Virus record (IMG/VR): IMGVR_UViG_3300023198_000833
Coordinates: 1-64,000 of that record
Reading direction: 5' to 3' (one strand)
DNA: 64,000 bases
Source of the DNA: a virus
Shown: positions 9,042 through 16,072 of the stretch, piece after piece
Position numbering within the stretch: position 1 is the stretch's first letter
How the letters are laid out: every line of letters begins with the position of its first letter
Made by a program: the position numbers and the translations under genes
Notes under the pieces: model-generated
Told to the model about the DNA's origin: nothing
Seen by the model: the letters and a program-made list of their open reading frames with translations, nothing else
The model's database searches: none

Positions 9042-9902
9042 TTAAAACTCCTCATCTTTTAATTGTTCTTCAAACACATGCCTGTAATTATCACACATTC
9101 GTAATGAGGCGATCCCCCACTCTAATAATCGCTTGCCGATAATATTCTCATCTTTATTAGGCTGTTCAATTTGCATCGGTGATACAAGATTCAATTTCAT
9201 CAACTTGTAATTGTAGTGCCACAGGCCTTCGTCTAAAAATTCGATTATGCTCGCTAATAGTTTAGGCGGCCACGCAGCGGAACGTACTTCTTCTACAATA
9301 TCTTTTCCTTGAACATCAGCCCACAGAATTAATCTTGCTAAAAATTCTTTACGGATACGGGGTACCCCCGGCAAGTTGTCAACCTTATCGCCAGTAAAAG
9401 CAAAAAACTCTGGCAGGAGTCGTGGGGGTACCCCGTACTTCTCAAGGACTTTAGCTGAATCCCAAAAATATAATTGAGACTTGAATGATTTTAATACTTG
9501 CACTTTATCGTTGACTGATTGTAATAAATCGTGATCATTAGTATAAATATAGTGCGGACCTATTGCAACTTGACTTATTGAATGCATAAGGTCATCAGCC
9601 TCATACCCGCGCTTTTCGCACGTAGGCCAGATTTGCTTGAGAAAAGTTTTGAATTTATTAAGGCGTTTATAGAATGAATCATCAAGAGGTTTACGGTTAG
9701 CTTTATACTGCCCGTCTTTTTTCAAATTCTCAACAGAATCAAAGCATAGCATTAGAGGATGATCAGGAAACTTTTTCTCTAACATTTCGAGAGTACGTAA
9801 TGACCCAAACTCGAGACCCGTAGGTACGCCATCTTTGTTCTTTAAAAAATCCATTTTCGCATGGCATCGTCTTATAAGCATCATGCTATCGACAATGATC
9901 AT
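9042..9902 (-). CDS. 5'-3' exonuclease / flap endonuclease (Pol I N-terminal domain-like)
   Basis: MIIVDSMMLIRR start, YEADDLMHS acidic cluster, helix-hairpin-helix-like C-terminal region. Confidence 0.65.
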   Translation of the reverse strand: MIIVDSMMLIRRCHAKMDFLKNKDGVPTGLEFGSLRTLEMLEKKFPDHPLMLCFDSVENLKKDGQYKANRKPLDDSFYKRLNKFKTFLKQIWPTCEKRGYEADDLMHSISQVAIGPHYIYTNDHDLLQSVNDKVQVLKSFKSQLYFWDSAKVLEKYGVPPRLLPEFFAFTGDKVDNLPGVPRIRKEFLARLILWADVQGKDIVEEVRSAAWPPKLLASIIEFLDEGLWHYNYKLMKLNLVSPMQIEQPNKDENIIGKRLLEWGIASLRMCDNYRHVFEEQLKDEEF

Positions 9903-9905
9903 ATT

Positions 9906-9992
9906 ATTTGCCCTTCCTAATTAGCATTATTGCGAAAAACACTACAATGGCTGTCATCATTAAATAACTTATCGCAAATACTGCTGGCATCG
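9906..9992 (-). CDS. 28-aa hydrophobic micropeptide (MPAVFAISYLMMTAIVVFFAIMLIRKGK)
   Basis: Not in the ORF track. Strong SD (TAAGGAGAATAACG ATG). Single predicted TM helix. Sits between a terminator and the FEN gene. Confidence 0.3.
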
Positions 9993-10011
9993 TTATTCTC
10001 CTTAAAAATAA

Positions 10012-10042
10012 GACCGCCGCCGCTTACCACAAGCGACGACAG
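10012..10042 (-). terminator. rho-independent terminator (minus strand)
   Basis: Minus-strand GUCGUCGC-UUGUGGUAA-GCGGCGGC hairpin followed by UCUUAUUUUU. Confidence 0.45.
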
Positions 10043-10210
10043 TCGGGTAAATGATTAGCGCGTTAGGAATGCGGACCATTATGGATGGAACTAATCGCTT
10101 TGTTCGTTTTCTCCGTTTAAGTTATTGTTTAATCTGAAAGCAACTCTGCTCAACCGCTGAGCTTCCCGCTCCATAGCAACTGTCATACTGAATAGAGAGT
10201 TGCTATGGAG

Positions 10211-10234
10211 AGCGGGATTGGATTTGAACCAATA
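10211..10234 (-). other. tRNA 3'-half-like module (T-arm ATTGG-TTCAAAT-CCAAT) followed by an 18-bp hairpin. No 5' half.
   Basis: T-loop consensus TTCRANY on the minus strand. The expected acceptor partner GAGCGGG is absent. The adjacent 10163-10215 region forms a long hairpin. Confidence 0.3.
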
Positions 10235-10370
10235 ACCGAGTGCTAAGTAAATAACCTTCGACCGAACAAACATCCAAGTCTTAGTCTGGAGCAATAGTCT
10301 AAGGCTTATTGTTTTCTGAGGATACCCTCAGGTGTATGCCAATTCCACCACTCGGCGGTACGATTTAAAA

Positions 10371-10395
10371 TCGCCGAGGCAGGACTCGAACCTGC
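10371..10395 (-). other. tRNA 3'-fragment-like element (T-arm GCAGG-TTCGAGT-CCTGC + CTCGGCG) nearly identical to the T-arm of tRNA-Lys
   Basis: No complementary 5' acceptor within 100 nt. The pseudo-acceptor CTCGGCG instead pairs with CGCCGAG at 10350-10358. Confidence 0.3.
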
Positions 10396-10436
10396 AAAAA
10401 CAATTTTTTAAACTGAAGCTCAATCTAAACCTGCGC

Positions 10437-11168
10437 TCATTTTAAAATATATCCGAGTAAGGTTTCGCCCACCATTAAATTGTAGGTAACCTCTCGGCTA
10501 TTCGCTTGCTCACGTGCAGCTTTAACTGCATCGCTTAAAAGATTGATACGTGTTAACATTTCATCACGTCGAGATTCTGGAATTGCACCAGATATATGAA
10601 TTGTTGACCAGTGACCAACTGTTTTATCAACTGAGATTAAATCAGTTTGGGCAGGGTGCTTATCAGTAGCATCATATTTAACGATAACTTCGGCCTTCTT
10701 CTGAGTCTTAATTGTTTTCTCAGCTTGAGTGACCCAGCAATTTTTTGCTTCATCCATCGACCAGACACGATCCGTCGGTAAGACTGGCAACTTTTCAATT
10801 AAAGTTCGCATATCTACAAGTTGCTTTTCGATAAACATGAGAACGGTTACTGGGATACCAGTTAATAACGGGTCATCTCCGATTTGAATATCTCCAGTTG
10901 CTTTCGTATTGCCCATGTCTTGAGTAACTACTACGTCAATGAAGTCGCTTAAAATCGATTTTAAAATTATCAATTGATCTTCGACGTGTACCTGCACGCG
11001 TCGATTTTCCGCGGGTAACATTTCGCCGTCATCGGCTATGGGTTGATAGGTTCGAGAAATACCAGTCACCTTATCTTTATGAAAGACTCGATGATGTACT
11101 TCAGTTAACAATTTTGCTGCTCTCGATTTCTTGCCTTTAACTAAGGCGACTACTTGATTCAATTGCAT
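10437..11168 (-). CDS. hypothetical protein (243 aa)
   Basis: Long ORF. No motif recognised. Confidence 0.4.
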   Translation of the reverse strand: MQLNQVVALVKGKKSRAAKLLTEVHHRVFHKDKVTGISRTYQPIADDGEMLPAENRRVQVHVEDQLIILKSILSDFIDVVVTQDMGNTKATGDIQIGDDPLLTGIPVTVLMFIEKQLVDMRTLIEKLPVLPTDRVWSMDEAKNCWVTQAEKTIKTQKKAEVIVKYDATDKHPAQTDLISVDKTVGHWSTIHISGAIPESRRDEMLTRINLLSDAVKAAREQANSREVTYNLMVGETLLGYILK

Positions 11169-11335
11169 TTTGTTCTCCTTAAATTAAGATTAATAATTAC
11201 TTGAAGGCAAAGTCAATTTACGTTTTCGATTTATTTAGGTCATTAAGTTGAGCACTGACCAAAAGCGAACACACGAAACGGCGAGTTATGGAGGGAATAA
11301 ATCGAGATGTCGTAAGGAGGGAACTTTGCCTTCAA

Positions 11336-11407
11336 ATCAGCGGACAGGACTCGAACCTGCATCTTCGGACGAAAAATCCGACGCTCTGCCAATTGAGCAA
11401 CCGCTGA
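11336..11407 (-). tRNA. tRNA-Lys (anticodon UUU)
   Basis: Minus-strand cloverleaf: acceptor TCAGCGG/CCGCTGA, D-arm GCTC-AATTGGCA-GAGC, anticodon stem TCGGA/TCCGA with loop TTTTTCG, T-arm CAGG-TTCGAGT-CCTG. No encoded CCA. Confidence 0.7.
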
Positions 11408-11495
11408 CATAAGATTGTCGAATTGAGTGACGGCTAGACAGAGTTGCGTATCAGCTATAACGTATTCGTATCAATTCGACAACTGGGAGATAGTT

Positions 11496-11654
11496 ATGAT
11501 TCCGACGGGCTGGGATTTGTTCATAATTCAGCCCGTCGATAAAGGTAAGCTCTTTGTCCAGTTGGATTCTATATTTATTTGTATGGTATTTCACCTTCAG
11601 CAGCCCATGGCGCACCGTCCTTTCTTTAGACACGTATTATATCGAGCCAATTAA
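11496..11654 (+). CDS. small plus-strand protein (52 aa, MIPTGWDLF...)
   Basis: The only convincing plus-strand gene. SD GGGAGATAGTT-ATG matches the phage consensus initiation cassette. A 12-bp palindrome pair (TTGTCGAATTGA / TCAATTCGACAA, 11415-11482) lies upstream and a bidirectional terminator downstream. Confidence 0.3.
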   Translation: MIPTGWDLFIIQPVDKGKLFVQLDSIFICMVFHLQQPMAHRPFFRHVLYRAN

Positions 11655-11732
11655 CAAAGTCTCTCAAACATCATTTTAGAGGCCTCTATTTAATTATATA
11701 GCTGCGTTTTTAAGTGATAAAAAAGGCCACCC

Positions 11733-11754
11733 TAATGGGTGGCCTTGGTGCGGT
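11733..11754. terminator. bidirectional rho-independent terminator
   Basis: GGCCACCC-TAAT-GGGTGGCC hairpin flanked by A5 on one side and a T-rich run (GGTGCGGTTTATTTT) on the other. Confidence 0.55.
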
Positions 11755-11900
11755 TTATTTTAAGATCTTTGTTATGTATTTTGAAACTGAGGTTTACTTG
11801 TTTACTCCTTGATGAATTCGCTACCATAACATCAACGAGTAGATCGCCGGAGGCATCTCGAATTTCAACACGGTCTTTATGCTTTTCAATGAACATTACT

Positions 11901-12245
11901 TTAGCCATTTTCGGTTGCCTCCTTTAGTCTATTTAATTCGGTTAACTGTTCAGATAGTTTTTGAATCTTTTTAATTAATTTGTCGTGCTCTAACATTTTC
12001 AATTCTTTTTGGTGTCGTCTGTTTTGTTTCTTCAATTCTTCAATATGACTCGGAGCTTTTATATGTTCAGCAGTTGCTTCGAGTATTTTTTCCTCCGCTT
12101 CTTTAATTATGATTCGTTGCTCATCGATTTCTTCCTTTAACCATTCATCGGTTGAAGACTGAGAATAATCTTTGATTAAAGATCGATTGATTTTAATCAT
12201 TTCCTTGAGTCTTATAATCTTTTGCTTTATTTCACCGGGTTTCAT
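11901..12245 (-). CDS. coiled-coil protein (114 aa)
   Basis: Lys/Glu-rich heptad-like sequence. Confidence 0.4.
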   Translation of the reverse strand: MKPGEIKQKIIRLKEMIKINRSLIKDYSQSSTDEWLKEEIDEQRIIIKEAEEKILEATAEHIKAPSHIEELKKQNRRHQKELKMLEHDKLIKKIQKLSEQLTELNRLKEATENG

Positions 12246-12269
12246 TTCTATCTCCTATAAAAAATTTAT

Positions 12270-12299
12270 GGGGCAGCTGACATTAGCATCGACTGCCCC
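12270..12299 (-). terminator. rho-independent terminator (minus strand)
   Basis: GGGGCAG...CUGCCCC 7-bp stem followed on the minus strand by AUAAAUUUUUUAU. Immediately after the stop at 12306. Confidence 0.5.
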
Positions 12300-12305
12300 A
12301 TTGTG

Positions 12306-12713
12306 TTAGTCCTCGACGGTTGCCAATAACTCGTCGACGTTGATGCCCTGAGCGGTGAGCTGCTCTTTGAGTTCGGACATCTTTTCCTGCAGTTTGATAA
12401 GACGCTTCGCACGTCCACGGTCTGCGGCCGACCCAAGTTTCTTCGCCTCTTCCGCTTGGTCACGGAACAAGCTTCCCTTGTAGTCCATTTCGGCGGCCCG
12501 GAATTCGTAAAAGAGATAGTCGGCTGAGAAATCTCTTTTCTTCAGAGCACGATGTAACTTGAAATCGAATCCTTCGGGAACAGCGTCCTTGAAAGGATAA
12601 AGCTCTGGGTCTTTGTTTCCGATACCCGAAAAATCAACGCGACCAGTCTTCTTAGGTTCTGGCTTTGTGATAGTGGGTTTTGCCGTCGCGGCCTGTCCTG
12701 GTTTCTTTGCCAT
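12306..12713 (-). CDS. small basic protein, paralogue family member 1 (PxGFDFKxH ... KLGS ... QLTxQGIxV)
   Basis: Clear paralogy with 13248..13631. Confidence 0.45.
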   Translation of the reverse strand: MAKKPGQAATAKPTITKPEPKKTGRVDFSGIGNKDPELYPFKDAVPEGFDFKLHRALKKRDFSADYLFYEFRAAEMDYKGSLFRDQAEEAKKLGSAADRGRAKRLIKLQEKMSELKEQLTAQGINVDELLATVED

Positions 12714-12734
12714 CCATGGGCTCCTTAATACTGC

Positions 12735-13157
12735 TTACTTCGATTGACATGCGGATAGTTTCTTTTGAACTTTCAAAAGCTCCGCGATTAACTTAACTTC
12801 TTCAGGTTGAGTTTCTTTAGTCACAATCTTGTAATGATGATATCGACCTCTTTCAGCGCCGCATACTATATTGTATAAATATCGCCATAAGTCACGGTGT
12901 CCAGACCGCACTATAAGTCGGTCTGCAAACGTATGGCAAATCTCATGACAAATGGTTTCGTCATACTTACCTTGCTCCTGCATGACATAATTGAGATTGT
13001 AATTACACATCAGTCGGTTTGCTTGACCAGCTGTCGAGCTGACTTTTGTTGTCCATTTGATTTTCGGTAACCTCTTATCAAAATTCTTATGAATATAAAC
13101 GCGTTCTAATAAAAGGTTCCACCAAAACTCATGTCTTTCTTTTACCCAATTAATCAT
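12735..13157 (-). CDS. SprT-like zinc metallopeptidase domain protein
   Basis: HEICHTF (HExxH) motif. The listed ORF start (13187) lies inside the conserved 5' leader. The ATG after the SD ATAGGAGATAGTAca is near 13157. Confidence 0.45.
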   Translation of the reverse strand: MINWVKERHEFWWNLLLERVYIHKNFDKRLPKIKWTTKVSSTAGQANRLMCNYNLNYVMQEQGKYDETICHEICHTFADRLIVRSGHRDLWRYLYNIVCGAERGRYHHYKIVTKETQPEEVKLIAELLKVQKKLSACQSK

Positions 13158-13174
13158 TGTACTATCTCCTATAA

Positions 13175-13245
13175 TTGTATGTCTCATCAGGCGGTGGCTT
13201 ACAAGACCATTCCGCGACGCCGGAATCCGTTCCGACGTTTCGACA
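13175..13245 (-). ncRNA. type II hammerhead ribozyme (copy F)
   Basis: Minus-strand UGUC-GAAA-[stem III CGUCGGAA/UUCCGGCG]-U-C^-[stem I GCGG-AA-UGG..CCA-CCGC]-CUGAUGA-GACA. Loop I UUGUA pairs with the 3' flank UACAA. Confidence 0.8.
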
Positions 13246-13247
13246 AA

Positions 13248-13631
13248 TTACGAACTGCTTTCCGTAGCAGCTTCGAGCAGAGCTTTAACATCAATGCCCT
13301 GTTCAGTAAGCTGTGCTTTGAGTTCTTCCATCTTTTCATTGAGTCGAATCATTTGACGCTTCTTAGCGCGTTCTGCAGGTGAGCCGAGTTTGCGGCATTC
13401 TTCAGCCTTGCTCCTGAACAATTTAGCTTTCCAATCCAAGCCAGCGGCGACGTGATCGTAGTACATCGCATCGTCTTTGAAGTTTTTCTTTTTCAAGACT
13501 TTGTGAACCTTGAAATCGAATCCATCAGGAATCATTACTTCGTACGGTTCTTCTGAAATTTTGAACGCTGTACGAGCGACGACCTTCTTTTCTGTTTCGA
13601 CGACTTTTGTTTTTGTGTTTGCTTTTGCCAT
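13248..13631 (-). CDS. small basic protein, paralogue family member 2
   Basis: PDGFDFKVHKVLKKKNF ... KLGS ... QLTEQGIDV, parallel to 12306..12713. Confidence 0.45.
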   Translation of the reverse strand: MAKANTKTKVVETEKKVVARTAFKISEEPYEVMIPDGFDFKVHKVLKKKNFKDDAMYYDHVAAGLDWKAKLFRSKAEECRKLGSPAERAKKRQMIRLNEKMEELKAQLTEQGIDVKALLEAATESSS

Positions 13632-13665
13632 TGTACTATCTCCTAGATTAAAAGTTGTAAGACTA

Positions 13666-13722
13666 TCTGAGCCTCATCAGTACCGCCTATTAACGGCAGA
13701 CGCCCGTGAGGGCGTTTCGGCT
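13666..13722 (-). ncRNA. type II hammerhead ribozyme (copy G)
   Basis: AGCC-GAAA-[CGCCC UCAC GGGCG]-U-C^-[UGCCGU..GGCGGUA]-CUGAUGA-GGCU. Stem II (AGCC/GGCU) is a compensatory variant. The upstream stop codon UAA overlaps the stem II strand. Confidence 0.75.
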
Positions 13723-14003
13723 TATTCATAATAGTGATTCGATTGGTCTACTGATTGCTCAATGTATACTCGCTCCCATTTCTCAGCGGTAGCCGGACCG
13801 TATTTTCCGTCTTCTTCAATTGGATTCTCTGGCTCAAATTCGTTAAGCATTTTTTGAATGTCCATCAAGCTTGGAATCAATTCTGGTTCAGGTTTCGGAA
13901 TGCTTCTTATTTGAGCCAGCGCCACAAGGACGACCATAAGCCCAAATAAAACAGTGATTAACATTACTACTGCCTTCAATCTTTCTTGGTTTCCTCTTGA
14001 CAT
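13722..14003 (-). CDS. small membrane protein (93 aa)
   Basis: TM helix AVVMLITVLFGLMVVLVALA. Confidence 0.4.
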   Translation of the reverse strand: MSRGNQERLKAVVMLITVLFGLMVVLVALAQIRSIPKPEPELIPSLMDIQKMLNEFEPENPIEEDGKYGPATAEKWERVYIEQSVDQSNHYYE

Positions 14004-14019
14004 TTCAATCTCCTATAAC

Positions 14020-14090
14020 ATGCTTGTCTCATCAGGCGGTGGGTGGCAATCCCATTCCGCGACGCCGGAATCCGTTCCGACGTTTCGACA
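14020..14090 (-). ncRNA. type II hammerhead ribozyme (copy E)
   Basis: Same architecture as copy F (UGUC/GACA stem II) with a different loop I (AUUGCCA). Confidence 0.75.
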
Positions 14091-14092
14091 AA

Positions 14093-14404
14093 TTACGAAC
14101 TAAGCTTGTCCAGCTTATCTTGAACTGCCTTGAGTTGAGCTTGTAACTTTTCTTTACGAGCGGCGATCCGTTCGGCCTTCTTAGCCTCGCGTTCGCCCTT
14201 AGTTGCTTCGTGCTGAATCGCCTTTGTTAAGTTGGCTGCTATTTTATCCAGCCGTTCAGCAATTCGGCTTAGTTGAGGACCGAAGCGCTCAATTTGTTCA
14301 GGCGGTAAAGTTAATGTGTTCACGCCTTCAGTAAGGCTGTTAATACCGACTACTGCTTCCGGTGTTACGATTGCAACCTTTTTCGTTTTCTTTGACTTTG
14401 CCAT
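14093..14404 (-). CDS. small Lys/Ala-rich coiled-coil protein (103 aa)
   Basis: ORF with the consensus SD. Confidence 0.4.
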   Translation of the reverse strand: MAKSKKTKKVAIVTPEAVVGINSLTEGVNTLTLPPEQIERFGPQLSRIAERLDKIAANLTKAIQHEATKGEREAKKAERIAARKEKLQAQLKAVQDKLDKLSS

Positions 14405-14438
14405 TTTACTATCTCCTATATAAGAGGTTTAAAAAATT

Positions 14439-14533
14439 TTGACCTGTCTCTTCAGACGGTGGTGGTCAACCCATCCGTGACCTACCCGCTTTGATTATTT
14501 GATAAGGAGAGTTGAACGGGTAGGTTTCGACTA
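14439..14533 (-). ncRNA. type II hammerhead ribozyme (copy D, long loop III)
   Basis: AGUC-GAAA-[CCUACCCG ...28 nt... CGGGUAGG]-U-C^-[ACGG..CCGU]-CUGAAGA-GACA. Loop I UUGACC pairs with the 3' flank GGUCAA (6 bp). The stop UAG of the upstream gene overlaps AGUC. Confidence 0.7.
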
Positions 14534-14968
14534 ACTGATAATAGTTTTGGCCCATGCGATGTCACTCATAAGACCGCTTGACGGATTTTCTATTTCGTCC
14601 GGCATATCACCGTCTTCATAGGCTTTAGTCGATTTATAAATATCACATCCAAAATTAATATTTGCGTAACCGAAAACGTAAACCTTTTCTTTCTCAACTA
14701 CAATATATTCTGGACATGTTCGGCCTTCACAAACGCCGCCGATAATTTCGTTAATGATTGTCAATTTTTGACTTTCATCAGTAATCGAATCATCAACTTT
14801 TTTCTCAATCAATATATCGACAAGAATCAACGGTTCATCTTCAAGAATCTCATCTGTTATATAAAACTTTTGTCCTCGGTATTCAACGACTTCCTTAATT
14901 CCATAGATGCCACCAAATACAGTATGTTCGCCGATTTTAATATCAACTGTTTTAACGTACATAATCAT
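14531..14968 (-). CDS. hypothetical protein (145 aa)
   Basis: ORF with the consensus SD. Confidence 0.4.
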   Translation of the reverse strand: MIMYVKTVDIKIGEHTVFGGIYGIKEVVEYRGQKFYITDEILEDEPLILVDILIEKKVDDSITDESQKLTIINEIIGGVCEGRTCPEYIVVEKEKVYVFGYANINFGCDIYKSTKAYEDGDMPDEIENPSSGLMSDIAWAKTIIS

Positions 14969-14993
14969 TTTACTATCTCCTATAATAAATTGT

Positions 14994-15058
14994 TTGGCAG
15001 TCTCCTCAGCAGCGGAATGCCAATCCGCTGGACGCGAGCAGTTGCCCGCGTTTCGACT
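14994..15058 (-). ncRNA. type II hammerhead ribozyme (copy B)
   Basis: AGUC-GAAA-[CGCGGGC..GCUCGCG]-U-C^-[CAGCGGA UUGGCAU UCCGCUG]-CUGAGGA-GACU-GCCAA. N7 is G, which the core allows. Loop I UUGGC pairs with the flank GCCAA. Confidence 0.8.
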
Positions 15059-15261
15059 TAAATATTTTTGATGTGTCTGATATGTTTACAATCTCTTCTC
15101 GGCATGTGTCGAGTCCAACCCATGCATGAGCATTGAAATTTTCCGCTGGCTAATTCAACAACTGTGTAGGTTCGACCGCTATCACTTTTAACTCGACGAC
15201 GTTCGACAACGTTATTGCTGACACAATAATCTGTATCTGGGCTTGCTTTTCTTGAAGTCAT
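15058..15261 (-). CDS. SWIM-type zinc-finger protein (67 aa)
   Basis: CSCMGW...CKH (CxC-x9-CxH). Confidence 0.4.
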   Translation of the reverse strand: MTSRKASPDTDYCVSNNVVERRRVKSDSGRTYTVVELASGKFQCSCMGWTRHMPRRDCKHIRHIKNI

Positions 15262-15285
15262 TTTAAATCTCCTATAATAAAATGT

Positions 15286-15346
15286 TTGGCAGTCTCATCA
15301 GCAACGGAATGCCAATCCGCTGGACCCGCCGGAGCGGGTTTCGACT
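15286..15346 (-). ncRNA. type II hammerhead ribozyme (copy A)
   Basis: AGUC-GAAA-[CCCGC UCCG GCGGG]-U-C^-[CAGCGGA UUGGCAU UCCGUUG]-CUGAUGA-GACU-GCCAA. Confidence 0.8.
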
Positions 15347-15728
15347 ATTTGCATTTCTTAATTGTTTTCCATAAACTGTTATCATGCCACCATTTTGAAA
15401 TCATCAATTGTAGTGCTTTCTTTTTACCGATGTACCTGATTATTGGGAACCCGCCGCCGGGTCCACAATCGTTAATCGTTTTTGTTTTGATGTTTGCTTT
15501 TGCAAGCCACTCAACAAATTCTTCCCAGTCAGGGTCACAAGTATCAAGGTCGGCAAACCATTTGGTATGTTCTCGAATACTTTTCTGCGTTTCTTTAATT
15601 TCCATTTTCATTAGGTCAGTATCGAATCCTAATGAACAAGCAATCTCATCTGCTTGATCTTTTGCAGCTTTCAAATTCTTGTCTTCAATTTCGTACGTTG
15701 CGGTGAATGTTAATTTGAATGTTGCCAT
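15345..15728 (-). CDS. hypothetical protein (about 127 aa)
   Basis: The listed start 15734 is TTG. The ATG with the SD AGGAGAUUGAAA sits at 15728. Confidence 0.4.
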   Translation of the reverse strand: MATFKLTFTATYEIEDKNLKAAKDQADEIACSLGFDTDLMKMEIKETQKSIREHTKWFADLDTCDPDWEEFVEWLAKANIKTKTINDCGPGGGFPIIRYIGKKKALQLMISKWWHDNSLWKTIKKCK

Positions 15729-15752
15729 TTTCAATCTCCTATGAAAAATGTT

Positions 15753-15821
15753 TAGGCCAGTCTCATCAGTACGGGTTGCCTATGTCCGTAGAACCGCGAG
15801 CCGAGCTCGCGGGTTTCGACT
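15753..15821 (-). ncRNA. type II hammerhead ribozyme (copy C)
   Basis: AGUC-GAAA-[CCGCGAGC..GCUCGCGG]-UU-C^-[UACGG ACAUAGGCAA CCGUA]-CUGAUGA-GACU. Loop I UAGGC pairs with the flank GCCUA. Confidence 0.75.
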
Positions 15822-16044
15822 TTAGGAGATATGACGTTGTGCATAGTTTTGGTCGACCATCATCAGCACCAAAATTTTTGCTTACCACTGCATCTGAATT
15901 TTTAATGGACTTATTTAAGTACGTCTCGCCATTCCATTCGATTTTCGCGTGGTCTTAAGCTACAGTCCCGAGGCTTTCGCCTGTCCAACCGTTCCGTTCC
16001 AGCTCCGTATTATTAACTTATCAAATAATCAATTACAATTACAA

Positions 16045-16072
16045 TTATACCAAGTAGTTCAATATAGTCAAT
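16045..16072 (-). promoter_or_regulatory. near-consensus sigma70 promoter (TTGACT-N16-TATAAT) reading leftward into the ribozyme/small-gene block
   Basis: Minus-strand TTGACTATATTGAACTACTTGGTATAAT, embedded in an AT-rich stretch. The overlapping 62-aa ORF 16013..16201 is probably spurious. Confidence 0.5.

Noticed and set aside
10361-10440. Complete tRNA at the T-arm element 10371-10395.
   Set aside because: The required 5' acceptor strand CGCCGAG, or a G-U variant, is absent from the upstream 100 nt, and no D or anticodon arm can be formed. Called a fragment/tRNA-like element.
15865-15895. Eighth hammerhead candidate (CUGAUGA followed by a GGUCGACC palindrome).
   Set aside because: It lacks GAAA, a stem III hairpin and a U-H cleavage context. 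I count it only as a possible decayed relic.
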